Program-made: the position numbers and the translations under genes
Part shown: one piece after another, positions 27,356 through 40,072 of the stretch
How positions within the stretch are numbered: position 1 is the first letter of the stretch
How the letters are laid out: each line of letters starts with the position of its first letter
Assembly: GCA_964016885.1 (NCBI GenBank)
Contig: OZ024740.1
Location: 268,088,001 to 268,152,000 of the forward strand
Length of the DNA: 64,000 nucleotides
Direction: 5' to 3'
Source: Eledone cirrhosa
Lineage: Eukaryota
Notes under the pieces: model-generated
What the model saw: the letters and a program-made list of their open reading frames with translations, nothing else
What the model was told of the DNA's origin: nothing
Databases searched by the model: none

Positions 27356-27360
<5 letters not shown>
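24525..27360 (-). mobile_element. RTE-clade LINE, 5'-truncated, inserted in (TA)n
   Basis: Uninterrupted ORF, about 340-bp 3' UTR, (GAT)n tail at 24525-24544, (TA)n on both sides. Confidence 0.97.
24880..27273 (-). CDS. RTE ORF: APE C-terminal remnant + reverse transcriptase + PHD-like Cys insert
   Basis: NYRGIKL, QFGF, FVDLEKAFDRV, GVHQGSVLSP, LLYADD, FRYLG, CSVC..CPKC..WVHKRC..CGRC. The frame stays open upstream (TYRSGEHTSQVDYIL) to the truncation at about 27360. Confidence 0.95.
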   Translation of the reverse strand: MSVVNTKSLPHEECTSQHRLIISDLIVRTRRTRQQKRTILRRKIWKLKDPTARNKFQSILLDAFDSKEEHLESDNIEGQWEFLKANLLLATDEVCGWSRPVGRRRVTWWWNSRVEGSIKAKKQAWKVWRDGGSRVDYQVARREARREVYLARREAEERKFKHVLQRDDQKREVFRIARQCVKENRDIVGEKCVLNDDGILAITDTDKKVAWKCHYERLLNEENKWEKDSLPHIDPIEGPAVLVEGSIISKAIKDMKTGKAAGPSEIVAEMLKASGTVGHTMVTRIVNQVVQNGVVPKDWHSSIIVNCYKGKGDALDRSNYRGIKLIDQVMKVTEKVIAQLIRERIDLDEMQFGFVSGKSTTDALFIVRQLQEKYLAKGRPLYLAFVDLEKAFDRVPRSIIWWALRKLGVDVWLVRAIQAMYKETVSKVRINNEYSEEFSVKVGVHQGSVLSPLLFIIALQAITEEFKTGCPWELLYADDLTLIAESMAELEKKFQTWKHGLESKGLKINLAKTKVLVCRKENKAAVPSGKWSCSVCRKGVGRNSILCPKCKVWVHKRCSGITGKLTKNIDFTCGRCSGAISSSKCPQNTSSFNCAEGSIEIVDSFRYLGDKISSGGGCSETTVARVRTGWKKFRELIPLLAAKGFSLKMKGRLYDACIRTAMLHGSETWALCAEDIRRLERNEACMLRWMCNSNIRERQSINELRKKLEIRGIRCCLLERRLRWYGHVMRMKVDSCITKCRAIKIDGSHGIGRPRKTWDELINSDLTHLHLSKTMSLDRDLWRYSVTEKTRLASRHL

Positions 27361-27391
<31 letters not shown>

Positions 27392-28582
27392 TTATGAAAA
27401 GGAGGAAGTCACGCCCATGATCCATTTCAAGTAGGGGCGCTATTCTCGTTCTCCTGGGCTAAATGCTTGCTATAATGTATATACTGCTGAACGAACCTAA
27501 AGTTGGTGTTAAAACAGGCGATGAATTTTAATTATATTCAAACTATTCCATACTTATAATTCAGTTTATCATATAATTACATGTATAGCTTAGTATTTTG
27601 GAATGCATTGTAAATAAACCCATTGTACACGTCTCTCGGCGTTCAAGGGTTTTAAGCTAGCAATATTGCACCGGGCTACATGCTAAAACCTCTATGGTTA
27701 CGTGACATCATTGCTGAAAGCTATCTACCTAGTCTATTCTATTCGTGTCGTTAGAAGTAGTTAGTCGTTCAGATGCCAAACTAAATAGGAAAAGGTATTT
27801 GATCTCACTTATAACTATAAATATAAGCAAGGTATTCTGTTGACGATTTTATATGCCAATAGCTTTAAATTCTTATTTAATGTTTATAAAAATGTGCATT
27901 TGTGTGTACGTATGTTTCTTTTTACATGAATGCGTAATGTTTAAATAAGATACTTGATGCTCTAAATAGCTGAGAAGTATGAAGGTGCACAGAAAACAAT
28001 GATGACGTCAACAGCATCCTTAGTTGCCTGACATATTTGCAGAACATCTGAAAAACATGAAGTTAGTAGTTGATTGAAGAATTTACGTGAGAATGCCTAA
28101 TAGTTTGTCTTATACTAGTGCAAATAATAAGATAAATAAAGAGTGTGAGACCGAGATAGTAGACGTGGGCTGAGAAAATAATGTATAAAAAAAAACGAAA
28201 ATCAACATATAGTTTAGTAGTGAATACCACTTGTACAAGATGTATGTAAAATAAACAATAAAAAAAAACTAGTTGTCAGCCATTTCTGCTGGCTGTCAGT
28301 TTAGAATTCAGTACATACAACTTGTGAAACATATTCAATACAATCGCATCACGCTGTGTAGCGTACTGTTAGTACATTGCGACCGTCTGCTTATATAAGA
28401 AATGTATACTATAAGTATGAGGCAGGTAGCGTCTTAATGTTAGAGGGGGATCCTAAAAGCTCGACACTACAATCTGGTTTCAATCCTAGGTTGATACACA
28501 ATTATGTACGTCGCTAATATACTTGCGAAAAAATGGGTGTCTTAATAACACTTTACAGTTTAAACTGTTTTAAAACCATTTC

Positions 28583-28615
<33 letters not shown>

Positions 28616-28770
28616 AGCAAGATGTATGGTAGGTCGTATGTGAATCGCGATGATCACGTCTGACCTACCAAATATGTGACGGTAGCTAGTTAAGCTCTAT
28701 GCGTATAAGCAGAGCAGAAATATTAGTGAAAAAGAACAAAGGAGCTATTATGACATTATAACAAGTTTAT

Positions 28771-28817
28771 TGCCGACAGCCGTTTCGTCCGACCATATGG
28801 TGGGACTTTTCAAGGCA
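28771..28817 (-). ncRNA. Hammerhead motif with U3-A8 core in the Naiad-like pseudo-LTR
   Basis: tgcc-TTGAAAA-gtcc(caccatatggtc)ggac-GAAA-cggctg-TC-ggca-ATAAA. The inverted copy at 33298-33344 is mutated (GAAG, TT). Confidence 0.8.
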
Positions 28818-29747
28818 TATAACATGTGATTGTAAGATCATTATTTACATCAACGTATCACTCAAGGCTAGCAGTTTGAAATTGTGGTATACATCAGCAG
28901 CTCCGCTTGTATAGTTGGGGTCTATATTCTAAGGGTGCTCTTTTATATTAGTTGTCGGAGTCAGGGATTGAAGGTTAAAGATTAGATAATATATAATTTA
29001 CGCATTAAAAGTAAACTAAAGACTTGGGATCCCGTAGAAGCACTTTAAAAAATCCCTCAATAAGTGCATAAAGCTTACAGGCTCCAATAAACCTAATAAA
29101 CTAGAAGAAATTAAGAGGCTAATAAAATAAAAAAATAAAAATATAAAGTTTCCCTAAAAAATATGAAGTTTCCTATGAAATTCTTTCGAGAGAAAAAATT
29201 TTTTTTCCGAAAGAAAAAAACTTTCTTCCCCCGAGATCACGTTAACAAATTTCAGAAAACTTACGAAGTTTTGATATTCCCTACTAAGTTGAAAGAAACT
29301 AATCAATTAAAGGTTAATTCAAAGAGCCTTCTATAAATCTCTCAGAAAAGGCCCCTCTAATATTTTTAATAGGAACTTCCTCCGAGAGACCCTTCGAAGA
29401 ATTAAAATCTTAGAGAGCCTTTAAGGATATATATAAACGAATTGAGGAAAATTATAAAATAAAAAGTTAAAAATTACGGTATTTGGGATATCCGAGGAAT
29501 TTTCAAAGGGTTGCTTCAACAGATACAACTTAGGCATAATAGATACAATAATTTAAGTAATTTAAGTAATTTAATTAGGGAGCAATTCAAAGAGTTTATC
29601 AAGTTGGGCAAGATTAAAGAAAGTGGTAAATAAGAAAATACATAAGCAAAAAGACAATAATTATAAAATGTATTTTTAAGAAGGTATAAGGTAGCTTCAG
29701 TAATCTAACAATGTATTATCACAAAAAATTATTATAAAATTATTGAT

Positions 29748-30010
29748 ACAGGATTAACAAGGACATAATAATATATTCCTGCCTAATTAACAAGTAATCA
29801 ATACACTATTAACAGTCAGGCAAAATTATCTCAGGGATATCCCGCGCTCGGATACTTTACACACATACAGCAACACATAGGATTAGCACAGACATAATAG
29901 TATATTCCTGCCTAATTAACAAACAATCAATTAACAATTGATGGTCAAGAAAATGTACTCAGGGATATCCCGCGCACGGATATTTACATACATACAACAG
30001 GATGAACAGC
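29748..30010. repeat. Tandem duplication (about 131 bp) in the PLE 3' region
   Basis: TATATTCCTGCCTAATTAACAA and CTCAGGGATATCCCGCGC.CGGATA each occur twice. Confidence 0.85.
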
Positions 30011-33000
30011 ACTGGTGACCGTGTGGGCGCGATATCCATTATGCGTATGTAGTCATCTGCATAGCTCCAGGCACAGTCGGTATTGTTTAAAAGTTCATAG
30101 TTCACGGATCAACTGGGATTCACTATCAGCTGCGTGGACTCTCTGGGAAATGTACCTGTGGATCAAATAGCTAGTGGTTGCTGGGTGTGGTCCGTTCGAT
30201 CTTTTAGTTTCGGGGGTTGCACGCTTTTGCGATAGACCAGCCTGCCGGTTCTAAGTTCAAGGTCTCGCTACATAGGATGTATTGGTCTACATGCTATATT
30301 GGTAAAAAAACCAGTGTGGATTTGACTGGGGTGGTATATTACGAACTCCAAGCCCACACGCGACTGGTCAAATGCGAAGGGCTGTCCCCTCTTTGATTGC
30401 TGTATGGGTCGGTTCCAGCTTAGATGGTGGTCGTGTTATCCATATTCCGTCAGCCCTGTATATTCAAGACAGATCAGGGTATATATTTGCGGGTATGGTC
30501 CGGCGTCTACGCTATCCAAAGGGTCTCTCTTGTGGTATTTTCAAGTTCGCATGTCATCTCCCGGTTAAGACTGCGCATGCTTCGATGAATCTCATGCATG
30601 GAATCTTGGGGTATCATGTTACACGGGGTGACTAGCAGAAAATATATATTCTATGCTATCGCGCACGCGCTGGCCTGTGGCTACGACCGTGTCCAGTCTC
30701 GGGTAGTAGCAGACAGCAGGTAGACCAGCTAGACACACCCTGTTCAAGGGGCACAACCCCTAACTTATCGAGTGGTCAGACTTCAAGGGAGTCAACTCTC
30801 CAAGCCCATTAAGTCGACTGTGGTAAAATACAAAAAATCCCTATTAGTAAAGAACTAATCACTAATAATAAAGAACTAACTCAAAAGATGTGAGTGGGGG
30901 AGAATGGGGAGGGGAATCTATTTGGGCGGGGGTTTACTAAGGGAGGGGGTGGGGGGTGAGTGGTTATAGGCAGGGAGCGGCCGCCATATTGGGTGTTTTG
31001 TTACTGTTTCCCTGGGCATGTTCTCGAGTTTGTTGACATACATCTCCGACGGCACCTTCCCAGATTAGTCAACGTGGGTCCAGGCACCCACAATGTCCTA
31101 CATCGCAGGCATCAGCTGCCCCCAGGGTGCCCATCAACAATGCTGCCACCAATCCCAGGTTGGCAGGTGGGACACAGGGTCGTCCGTTCCTCACCAGAGT
31201 CCCCATCGCCAAACGGGGAGCCGAGGCATCTATGCGGCCGGGGTTACTAAAGAGCACCCTGTTCGCCAGCGGGGCTGCCAAGTGCGGGACAGGGTGGTGT
31301 CAGGGCTATGTGTCTGGTCTGAAGAAAAAGAAAGAGCTAAGTATAGTATGGGGGCAGGACGAGAAGATTTCTGATCTCCTGTTGAGCAAGTTGAGTTGAG
31401 TCCTGAGAATACTATGGCATGAGATTCAGATAGGCACAGGCTACAAAACCTGCCCAACAAGCTATATGGAGGAGCTTTAGTAAGGCATCTCCAGCTTAGT
31501 GTGTAGGGGTTTTTTGTTTGTTTTAAGTTATGTATATGCCCCGCTAACGACGTGGTATTTTTAAGCTTCTCATATCGGAAGCTATGCTGGTGGGCGTTGA
31601 ATCTCGTCTTGAACTCGTTAGCGGTTGATCCCACATACGTCTTAGTATACGTGTCTGTGGTTACGTTACAAGCATATACCACGTTCCTAATAAGGCAGTG
31701 TCCAGCTAGTGGGCATTTGTCCTTCCTTCTGCAATTACACTTTTTAATAGGGTCATGCTCCTCATTCAGGGGTGCATGTCCCTCCAAGCAGCCACGGGGC
31801 TGCCTAGTGGGACCGGTTCTATTGCCTGTTATCCCCCTGGGTCTTTCACTCAGTGGGTTGGTCCCGTGTTGTCGTGTGTATTGGCGTGGTTCACTATTTC
31901 GGATGGCCTTAAGTCCCTCTTTAATCTTACTCTTATTGGTCTTAGCTAGGTGTGAGGAGATTAGGGGTTGTTGAGTACGATAGCTTGATAGTACTCTTAT
32001 TGATGACACTACCGTACCTACTACCCGGGGGGAAGTTCTTATCTATTAAAGAGAAAAAAGATTTGGGGAGGTCTGTAGTAACATTAGAGATGAAGGGCGG
32101 GTTAAAGAAGGTACTATCACGTCTTCTATTCCTTCCACTGCGTTTCTTATCCCCTATGCTGCTTACCCTCTCTTCATCTATATTATTACGGGTTCTACCA
32201 GGTGTCGTTGCTGGGCTCCCAGTGGTATGTGCGTTGGTCTCGAGTCTCCTAGGCCTCTGTCCTCCGTTTTCACTGTTGAACTTGCTTTGGGCGGCATAGC
32301 GCATACCAGGCGTGTGGGCCCTATCCGTGTCTGCGTTGCGAGTGTTGTTGTTCTTAGTTAAATTCCTATTGTCCCTATTCGGCTTTCTAGCTCTCCTTCC
32401 ATCTCCCATGGACATATTATGCGTGATTACAGTGCTGGGTTGGGGTGGCGGGGTGGTGCCGCCTGTCTCAACATAATGGAGTTTATCTTTGTGCCCTGAC
32501 CCAGCTAGCGCCTTATTGTAATATTCACGTTCGCTTCAAATGCGGTCACGCTGCTAGATAGTCCGCTAATCCTACTAGATACTCCTTTAACTATTGCTTT
32601 GAGGACTGAGCCTGGGTGGTTGGAGCTGGCATTGACGTATGTCAGCCTTTCGTTAGGTTTATGGTACGGTGCATATTCTAACTTATCTAGGTCTAGTGTG
32701 GCATCTAGAAAGTTGACTACCTTACTATTTCTATCCATAGTTATTGATAGGTTAAAATTCTTGAAGAATTTATATAGGTCCTTTCTAGTTCTTTCTAGGT
32801 TGTATCGTTTAAAGTCCACAGTAAGCAATGCGTCGTCACGGTATAGCCCACCTCCGAGGTGTGGGAGCTGCTCGTTGAGCTCCTTGAGCAAGTACAATCC
32901 GACGAGGTCTGTCACCTGCGCTGAGTCGCTAGACCCCATAGTGATGTCGAAGTTGTTACGAGTGTTCTTGCGCGTCCACAATTCATCCTCAAATGTGATA

Positions 33001-33741
33001 ATTGTTTTACGAGCGGCAAGGACTATGTCAATCTGGGATCTAGTGAGTCCGCCCGTCGGGATCTAGTGAGTCCGCCCGTCGGGATCCCAAGTCTTTTAGT
33101 TTACTTTTAATGCGTAAATTATATATTATCTAATCTTTAACCTTCAATCCCTGACCCCGACAACTAACATAAAAGAGCCCCCTTAGAATATAGACCCCAA
33201 CTATACAAGCGGAGCTGCTGATGTATACCACAATTTCAAACTGCTAGCCTTGAGTGATACGTTGATGTAAATAATGATCTTACAATCACATGTTATATGC
33301 CTTGAAAAGTCCCACCATATGGTCGGACGAAGCGGCTGTTGGCAATAAACTTGTTATAATGTCATAATAGTTCCTTTGTTCTTTTTCACTAATATATATA
33401 TATATATATATTACACAAACGGCGGACAACAGAGGCCACGTACCGTTCCCCTCTGACTAAAAACTTTCCCCTCGGAAAAAACCCTTGTTGATGGATGCGA
33501 AATCCGAAATATAGGGACAATTAAATCTCTTCCAAGGTAACTCTATCTCGTGTTATTATTTTTACGCTCTTTCCTACGTTCCTTTACACACTATATGTCT
33601 CATTCTACATTTCCCCTTACATCTCTCTCTTCACCACCGGATTCTGTTATCCGGAGATTTACCCATCTGCATTGTTGAGGCTTCCAAAACGACCATTTTG
33701 TTTTATTATTCTACAATGCTTCAAGCAAACTTCAATACTAT

Positions 33742-33783
<42 letters not shown>

Positions 33784-33819
33784 TAACTGAATGGGTTGGC
33801 GTAATAATCTGACGAAACT

Positions 33820-34370
33820 TGAATATCTGCATATGCCATTGTTCACTAAAGTGGTAACCAGGTCCCTATAAGCTTTACTTGCCGGGAACATGTTCAGCTT
33901 CCAGTAACCAGGTCCTGACCTGCGTGTCCTATCTTGAACGACAATGCAAATCACAAAATGTTGATCTGAATAGGCGACCGTTTGAAAACGTGGACAATTT
34001 ATACTATCCTTATCTACTGACCTAATAAAAAAAACTATCTATATACGATATAGATGACTCTATACGGTTGGTCCAAGTCCACACTGGCGCATTAAGGAAA
34101 TATAGTCAGTACCTGTCAGACAGTTGGAACTGGCTGATCAGGTACTTGAGGCTTTTGCACTTCCCGCTCCTATCAGCTACTCTCAAACAATCACAGCGTG
34201 CGTCTAAAATATCGTTCCAATAACCAACTAACAGTAAAGGGTCAGACGTTCCCAGAAAGGCTTCCAAGCGCTTAAAGAAATCCGGCCGTCTAGAGCCCTG
34301 GTCGAGGCGTAGACGGCCACCAGTCTAAAGGCACCACCTTCGCTATTAATCACGTCCTTCGCTATCGACT
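33820..34370 (-). mobile_element. Tx1/L1 APE endonuclease fragment
   Basis: PLLLVGYWNDILD, WTWTN, SDQHFV and SGPGYWKLN in broken frames. Confidence 0.75.
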
Positions 34371-34384
34371 TTGTAATGATGAAA

Positions 34385-34482
34385 CGCAAAGCTAGCCTCG
34401 GCGGGATTTGAACTCAGAACGAAAATGGCCGTAACTCTATGCAGCAAAGCATGTTGTCCGACGCTCTACCGATACTGCCAAT
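34385..34482 (-). mobile_element. tRNA-SINE 5' half
   Basis: CCTCGGCGGGATTTGAACTCAGAAC...CTCTACCGATACTGCCAA. Confidence 0.85.
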
Positions 34483-34786
34483 ATAATATAAATAATATTG
34501 GTAGTGTGTGAAAGGAAAATGCCCGATAGATATTGACATCAAATGAAAACAAGTGAAAGAGAAATATTTCATAAGTAATGGTTTCAGAGACATGCAATGA
34601 CTGTATAGTGATGATAATTACACATTTTTATTTCTAATTAATGGTATTATTATTTATGATAGCAAATAATTATTCTGTATCATTGAATAATTTAGATTTT
34701 CACGCGTGGAGAAGCAATTCTTCCTTGTTCTCAAAATAATCAATTAAAAATTATTAAAATAAATTTCAAAGCAGTTTATTATATTT

Positions 34787-34892
<106 letters not shown>

Positions 34893-35229
34893 AAAAAATA
34901 ATAAATATATAATATATATATATATATATTTTTTTTGTATAAATTTAAAAGAAGGAACTTTTGAACTTTGTCTTTTAGTTAAAGTTTGGTGCATGTTATT
35001 TGAACATTATAAGGAATCAATATGCATATATGGAGAAGGAAATGAAGAATTTCGTATGATAATGCAAATCCAGGACAAAAAGGTATTACATACATAGACA
35101 CACGCATGCATACATACATACATACAAACATGCATACATAGACACATACACACATATATACATGCATAAATACACACATATGTACACAAATACACACATA
35201 TATACACATGAGGAGGAATATGCTGAAAT

Positions 35230-35680
35230 AGATGGCACTGAAATAGATGGCACCAAATTAAAGCACAACCAGCCTGATATTGTTGTTTGGGACCACACAT
35301 TGAAAACGTGTTCTGTTGTGGAGATCAGCTGCCCACTTGATGTAAACGTTGTCAGAAAAATACAAGAGAAGGAGGACATCTACGGACCATTGATGAGGAG
35401 TTTACAGATCCAGTATCCAAGATACACCTTCAGCTTCATACCCATCACTATTGGGAGCTACTAGTTATATACCAACCCTCTTGGACCAATGTATAACTGA
35501 AATTGGATTTGTGGACAAAGAACGCAGCTCCATAATTCATAGTCTACAAATGGCTGCGATAGCTGGCACCTTCAAAATTTGCAAAACATTCTTGCGATTC
35601 AAGGGATGACACTTTCATTTCTTTTACAACCTTGCCACCAAGAAGATGGCCGGTCAAAAATGTAATCGAAATTAAGACAT
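35230..35680 (+). mobile_element. R4/Dong/NeSL-type non-LTR element 3' fragment (restriction-like endonuclease)
   Basis: KHNQPDIVVWD...VVEISCPLD.NV..K..EK...Y..L...FIPITIGS, then LQMAAIAGTFKICKTFL. PD-(D/E) type. Confidence 0.85.
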
Positions 35681-36347
35681 AGAGAAACATACATATGAAC
35701 ATGCATACATACATGATGATAGCTGCTCCTTCGTTATCTAGTATGGCCATTGTACGGAAACAAATACGTACATACATGCATGCATACCTACATCCATGCA
35801 TCCATCCATACATACATGCATACATACATCCGGAGTGTTTTAGAAAGGGCTTGTGAAATGGAACCAGCAGGAGGGTACTTTTACAAGCCCCTTTAAAAAT
35901 ATTCCTCAAACGACCGAACACCTCTTAACTCCACTCTCAATCAATTATCTTGCTTTTACCATTCGGTATTTTCTTTCAGCTCTTGTATATATATATATGC
36001 TTTAATTCCTTTAAATCTTCATCAACACTCCTTCACTCCCACACTCATTAACAACGCCCCCCCCCCCCCCCCCACACACATCTTTTATATATTGAGTCAC
36101 ACATCACAGCACAGCCCGAGATCAGTTTGACAATCGCCACAGACGAATGCGAGAAAGTTCTCCAGGAAAGTTAATTAGGAATCTTTTAAAAATCTCCCCA
36201 CCGAAGTTAACAAAGAACTTACTAGAACTACCAAACCAAATTGTAAAATTATAATAATATAAAATTAAATTGTTTAGAACTACAAGTGAAGTCATTCTTT
36301 TCCTTTTTTCAAATATACCTAACTGTACCAAGGATTCCACACATTTT

Positions 36348-36381
<34 letters not shown>

Positions 36382-36489
36382 AAGTAATTCCATCAGAAAA
36401 GTCCAGGAAAAAAGAGTGCTCTATGTAGGCAACAGAGCTTAATTATTATTATTATGTAATAAACAACATAAGGCAATTATATATATATA

Positions 36490-36709
36490 TATATCAACTA
36501 GAAATTGATTGACATATATATATATCTAAAATAAACATATGAAACAATCACAGGGAATAATTTGTAAAGTGTGTAAGCACACACAGCTAGGTAGGTAACT
36601 AATTAAAGTTTAACTAGAACTTCAAATATAGATACAAATTATTCCATGTGATTGTTTCATATGTTTATTTTAGATATATATATATGTCAATCAATTTCTA
36701 GTTGATATA
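36490..36709. repeat. Inverted repeat (about 77-bp arms) in a (TA)n-flanked cassette
   Basis: 36490-36566 is the reverse complement of 36633-36709. A direct repeat is also present at 36380-36434 / 36917-36970. Confidence 0.85.
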
Positions 36710-36969
36710 AAATGCTCGGATCTTTGAGCATATTCTACAGTCTTTCGGTCATGACACCCTTAATTTAATTTTGGATATATATATATATATTTCACTGAAA
36801 GAATCTCTTCAACATTTTCTACTGAACAAATCTTTTTCCTTTCTACTATTTGTTTTTATATATATCAACTCGTGTGTTACTTTTCTACATTCGGTATATA
36901 TATATATATATATATGAAGTAATTCTGTCGGAAAGGTCCAGGAAAAAAGAGTGCTCTATGTAGGTTACA

Positions 36970-37040
<71 letters not shown>

Positions 37041-38388
37041 CTGGTTATTATCCTCCAGATGAGAATGCATTCGCAAATCCGAATAAAACAAGTGGATTGA
37101 GCAGGAACCTAGCAATATAATCTCATAAAAAATGTTAGTTGATACAGAAACCTTACAAAGAAACAAAAGAAAAAAAAACATTTTCAGTTCAACTGCAGAC
37201 ATGGTGAACGTGGACGAAATAGTGTGCATCACAGCACAAATAATTCCTAATAAATGTGTACAGTAGTCTAGCAAATAGCAATATACTTGCTCGACTGAAT
37301 CGCCTTAATTCTATCCATTAAAAAATTTACGCTTTTTCTAAACTAGAAAACAGTATCTTTCGAAATATGTAAATACAATTTCCGACAAACCGAATCTGTG
37401 ATTTTGGTTTCGATACCTGTCATTCTGTTGTTAACGACAACACGAAATAAAGAAAACTATATCTTTTGCTATATAAATATCCATTTGTAGCCATTCCACT
37501 TTCCAACTACTATCAACTGATTTGTTAAAAGCATGTAAAAAAAAAATATTTCCCCCTATCATATAATTATAAAGTATTGCATTAATGTAAAAATAAATAA
37601 TATTTTGTTCAGGAATATTTGAGCTTCAAATGATATAGACCTCAGACAACTATAGACAAGAATTTTATATCAGTATATATACAAATCTGAAGCGTTTAAT
37701 TCCTACTGATGACCTCCTTAAAACATTTGAAGATAATTTCTGAAAAGCAGGCGTTATCCATGCTGCAGATCAATTCTCCTCCAAGTGCAACAGCAATAAC
37801 GCTTTTCAGATGCCAAGCGATTAAAAACTTGGCAATGATCACAAGGGTGCATTGGAAGATTGACTACAAATATCATTCTGACAATTGAAATCTTACTGCA
37901 AAAGGAAATAGCTTTAGATGAACATAAACAGAAGATTATATTTAGAGAATTTGTTATTTTCTAATTTGAACTGAATGGAAAAACTGCGGTAAATTAAACA
38001 CTATATTAAACATTTAGTTTCCGAAGAAAATATTTGTGTTTTTCTTTTCATTTAAAGTATTTTCTAATTTCATTTGTAAAAAAATATATTACATTAACTG
38101 TGGCGAATGTCATAAAATTCCGATGAGATGACGTTTTAACAGAATTATCATTCTTGGCTGATGTAGAATAGACAGATCAAGATGAATATAAACTGCTTTA
38201 ATTTTACCGATTTCGGTGGAAGAATAAAGAACACGTGTTCACTCTATCTCTAAACCAAAACAAAAATAGCGTTTCTGTATGTGAAATACCTCATGCGATT
38301 TTTGTACAAGCTGAAGCTACCTGAACACCATTGAATAGCATTTAGCAATGACATTTTCATACATGGTGAATCTATTTGAACGTCATTA

Positions 38389-38496
38389 ATCCCGCCGAGG
38401 TTGACTTTGCCTTTCATCCTTACGGGGTCGATAAAATAAAGTACCAGTAATGCACTGGGTAATTGCTGGCCTTGTGCCTAAAGTAGAAACAATTAA
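38389..38496 (+). mobile_element. tRNA-SINE 3' half
   Basis: CCCGCCGAGGTTGACTTTGCCTTTCATCC...GTAGAAACAATTA. Confidence 0.88.
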
Positions 38497-39734
38497 ATGA
38501 CAATCAAGCAATAAAGTTTCTATACCCGCTGAACATATTTTAGCATTATAGAGGGAGAATTAAGCAATGCAATTCCTATATTCGGTGAAGCCGCTTCACT
38601 TTCAGAATGTCGGACATACACGATTCAGTTTTCTATGTCTACACCATACAGTTAAAAAAGAAACAAATATTATAGATAAAAAGAAATAAAGGATGGCTCA
38701 TATGTGTCTTCAATCATAGCAGGATTGGAACTAAATAACCACAACGATAACCTTCTCACAACGATAATATCTTACATAGGCACAAGGCCACAAATATTGG
38801 AAGAGAGAAGAGTTTTCTTTTATATTATAACTAACTCCAGCATTATTTCTTCTTCTTCTTCTTCTTCTTCTTCTTCTTCTTCTTCTTCTTCTTCTACATT
38901 TGTCTCGTAACCAAATTCCAATAATTATTTAACGGTGTTATATTGGTAGATGTAGTAAATAAAAACAGGCACTAAATTATTTACAGTATTTAGTTTATGA
39001 TTATAGGCTTCAGTATGATTGTATATTCTGGATGTGGAACAAGAGGCGTGGAATAATCAACGAAAGATTGTCCCTTGTCATTGTAATTATTTTTTCCTTA
39101 GAGTATTAATATGGTTGCAATTTGTTTCTAAATTGAATAATATACTCAAGAAACACTAATTAGATTCAGGTTGAAGTCGTATTATATATAGAAATATGCG
39201 AAAGTTTGTATATTTATACTGGAGTAGTAGGTCTAACACGATAGAACACTGTATATGCCAGTGGAATTAACGTCAATCGATGAAGCAATTATCATTAATA
39301 TTTTAATATAATTAAGGAAGGTTAAATCGACAGTATACCATCCCCCAGAGAACTATTATTCCATCTAGTCAAAAGAGCTGAGTATTTAACGATATTAAAA
39401 TTATTCTTAATAACGTTTTCATATTTAATCGAATTGCTTCATTTACTTTACTATTTCTTTTGGGTGTTAACGGCAGGGACTATCATCTATTCCCATTTAT
39501 CACAACTTATGCTAAGGCTTTATGACTGGTTAAGGACCCATTATCAATATGATGACTATAAATGATTATAATCAGTGACAAGTAGAGAAAAGTTCGAAAA
39601 GAACACTTAACTGAAATCGATTGCTTATCATTGATAGTCCTTTGGTTCTATTGTACAATTATTTTCTATTAAAGAGGTATTATGTTTCAGCAGAAGCATA
39701 GACAATAAGTTCAGTAACAATAGCAACAGCTACA

Positions 39735-40072
<338 letters not shown>

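Larger units (their letters stand above)
28616..33395 (-). mobile_element. Penelope-like element (Naiad-like), 5'-truncated, with inverted pseudo-LTR
   Basis: FDITMGSSDSAQVTDLVGLYLL, LYRDD, NFLDATLDL, SNHP, FNPPF, CNC..CPL.GHC, VVY..YVGST, CSLC, LLNRRSEIFSSCPH across 3 frameshifts. 28720-29033 is inverted at 33080-33395. (TA)n on both flanks. Confidence 0.93.
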
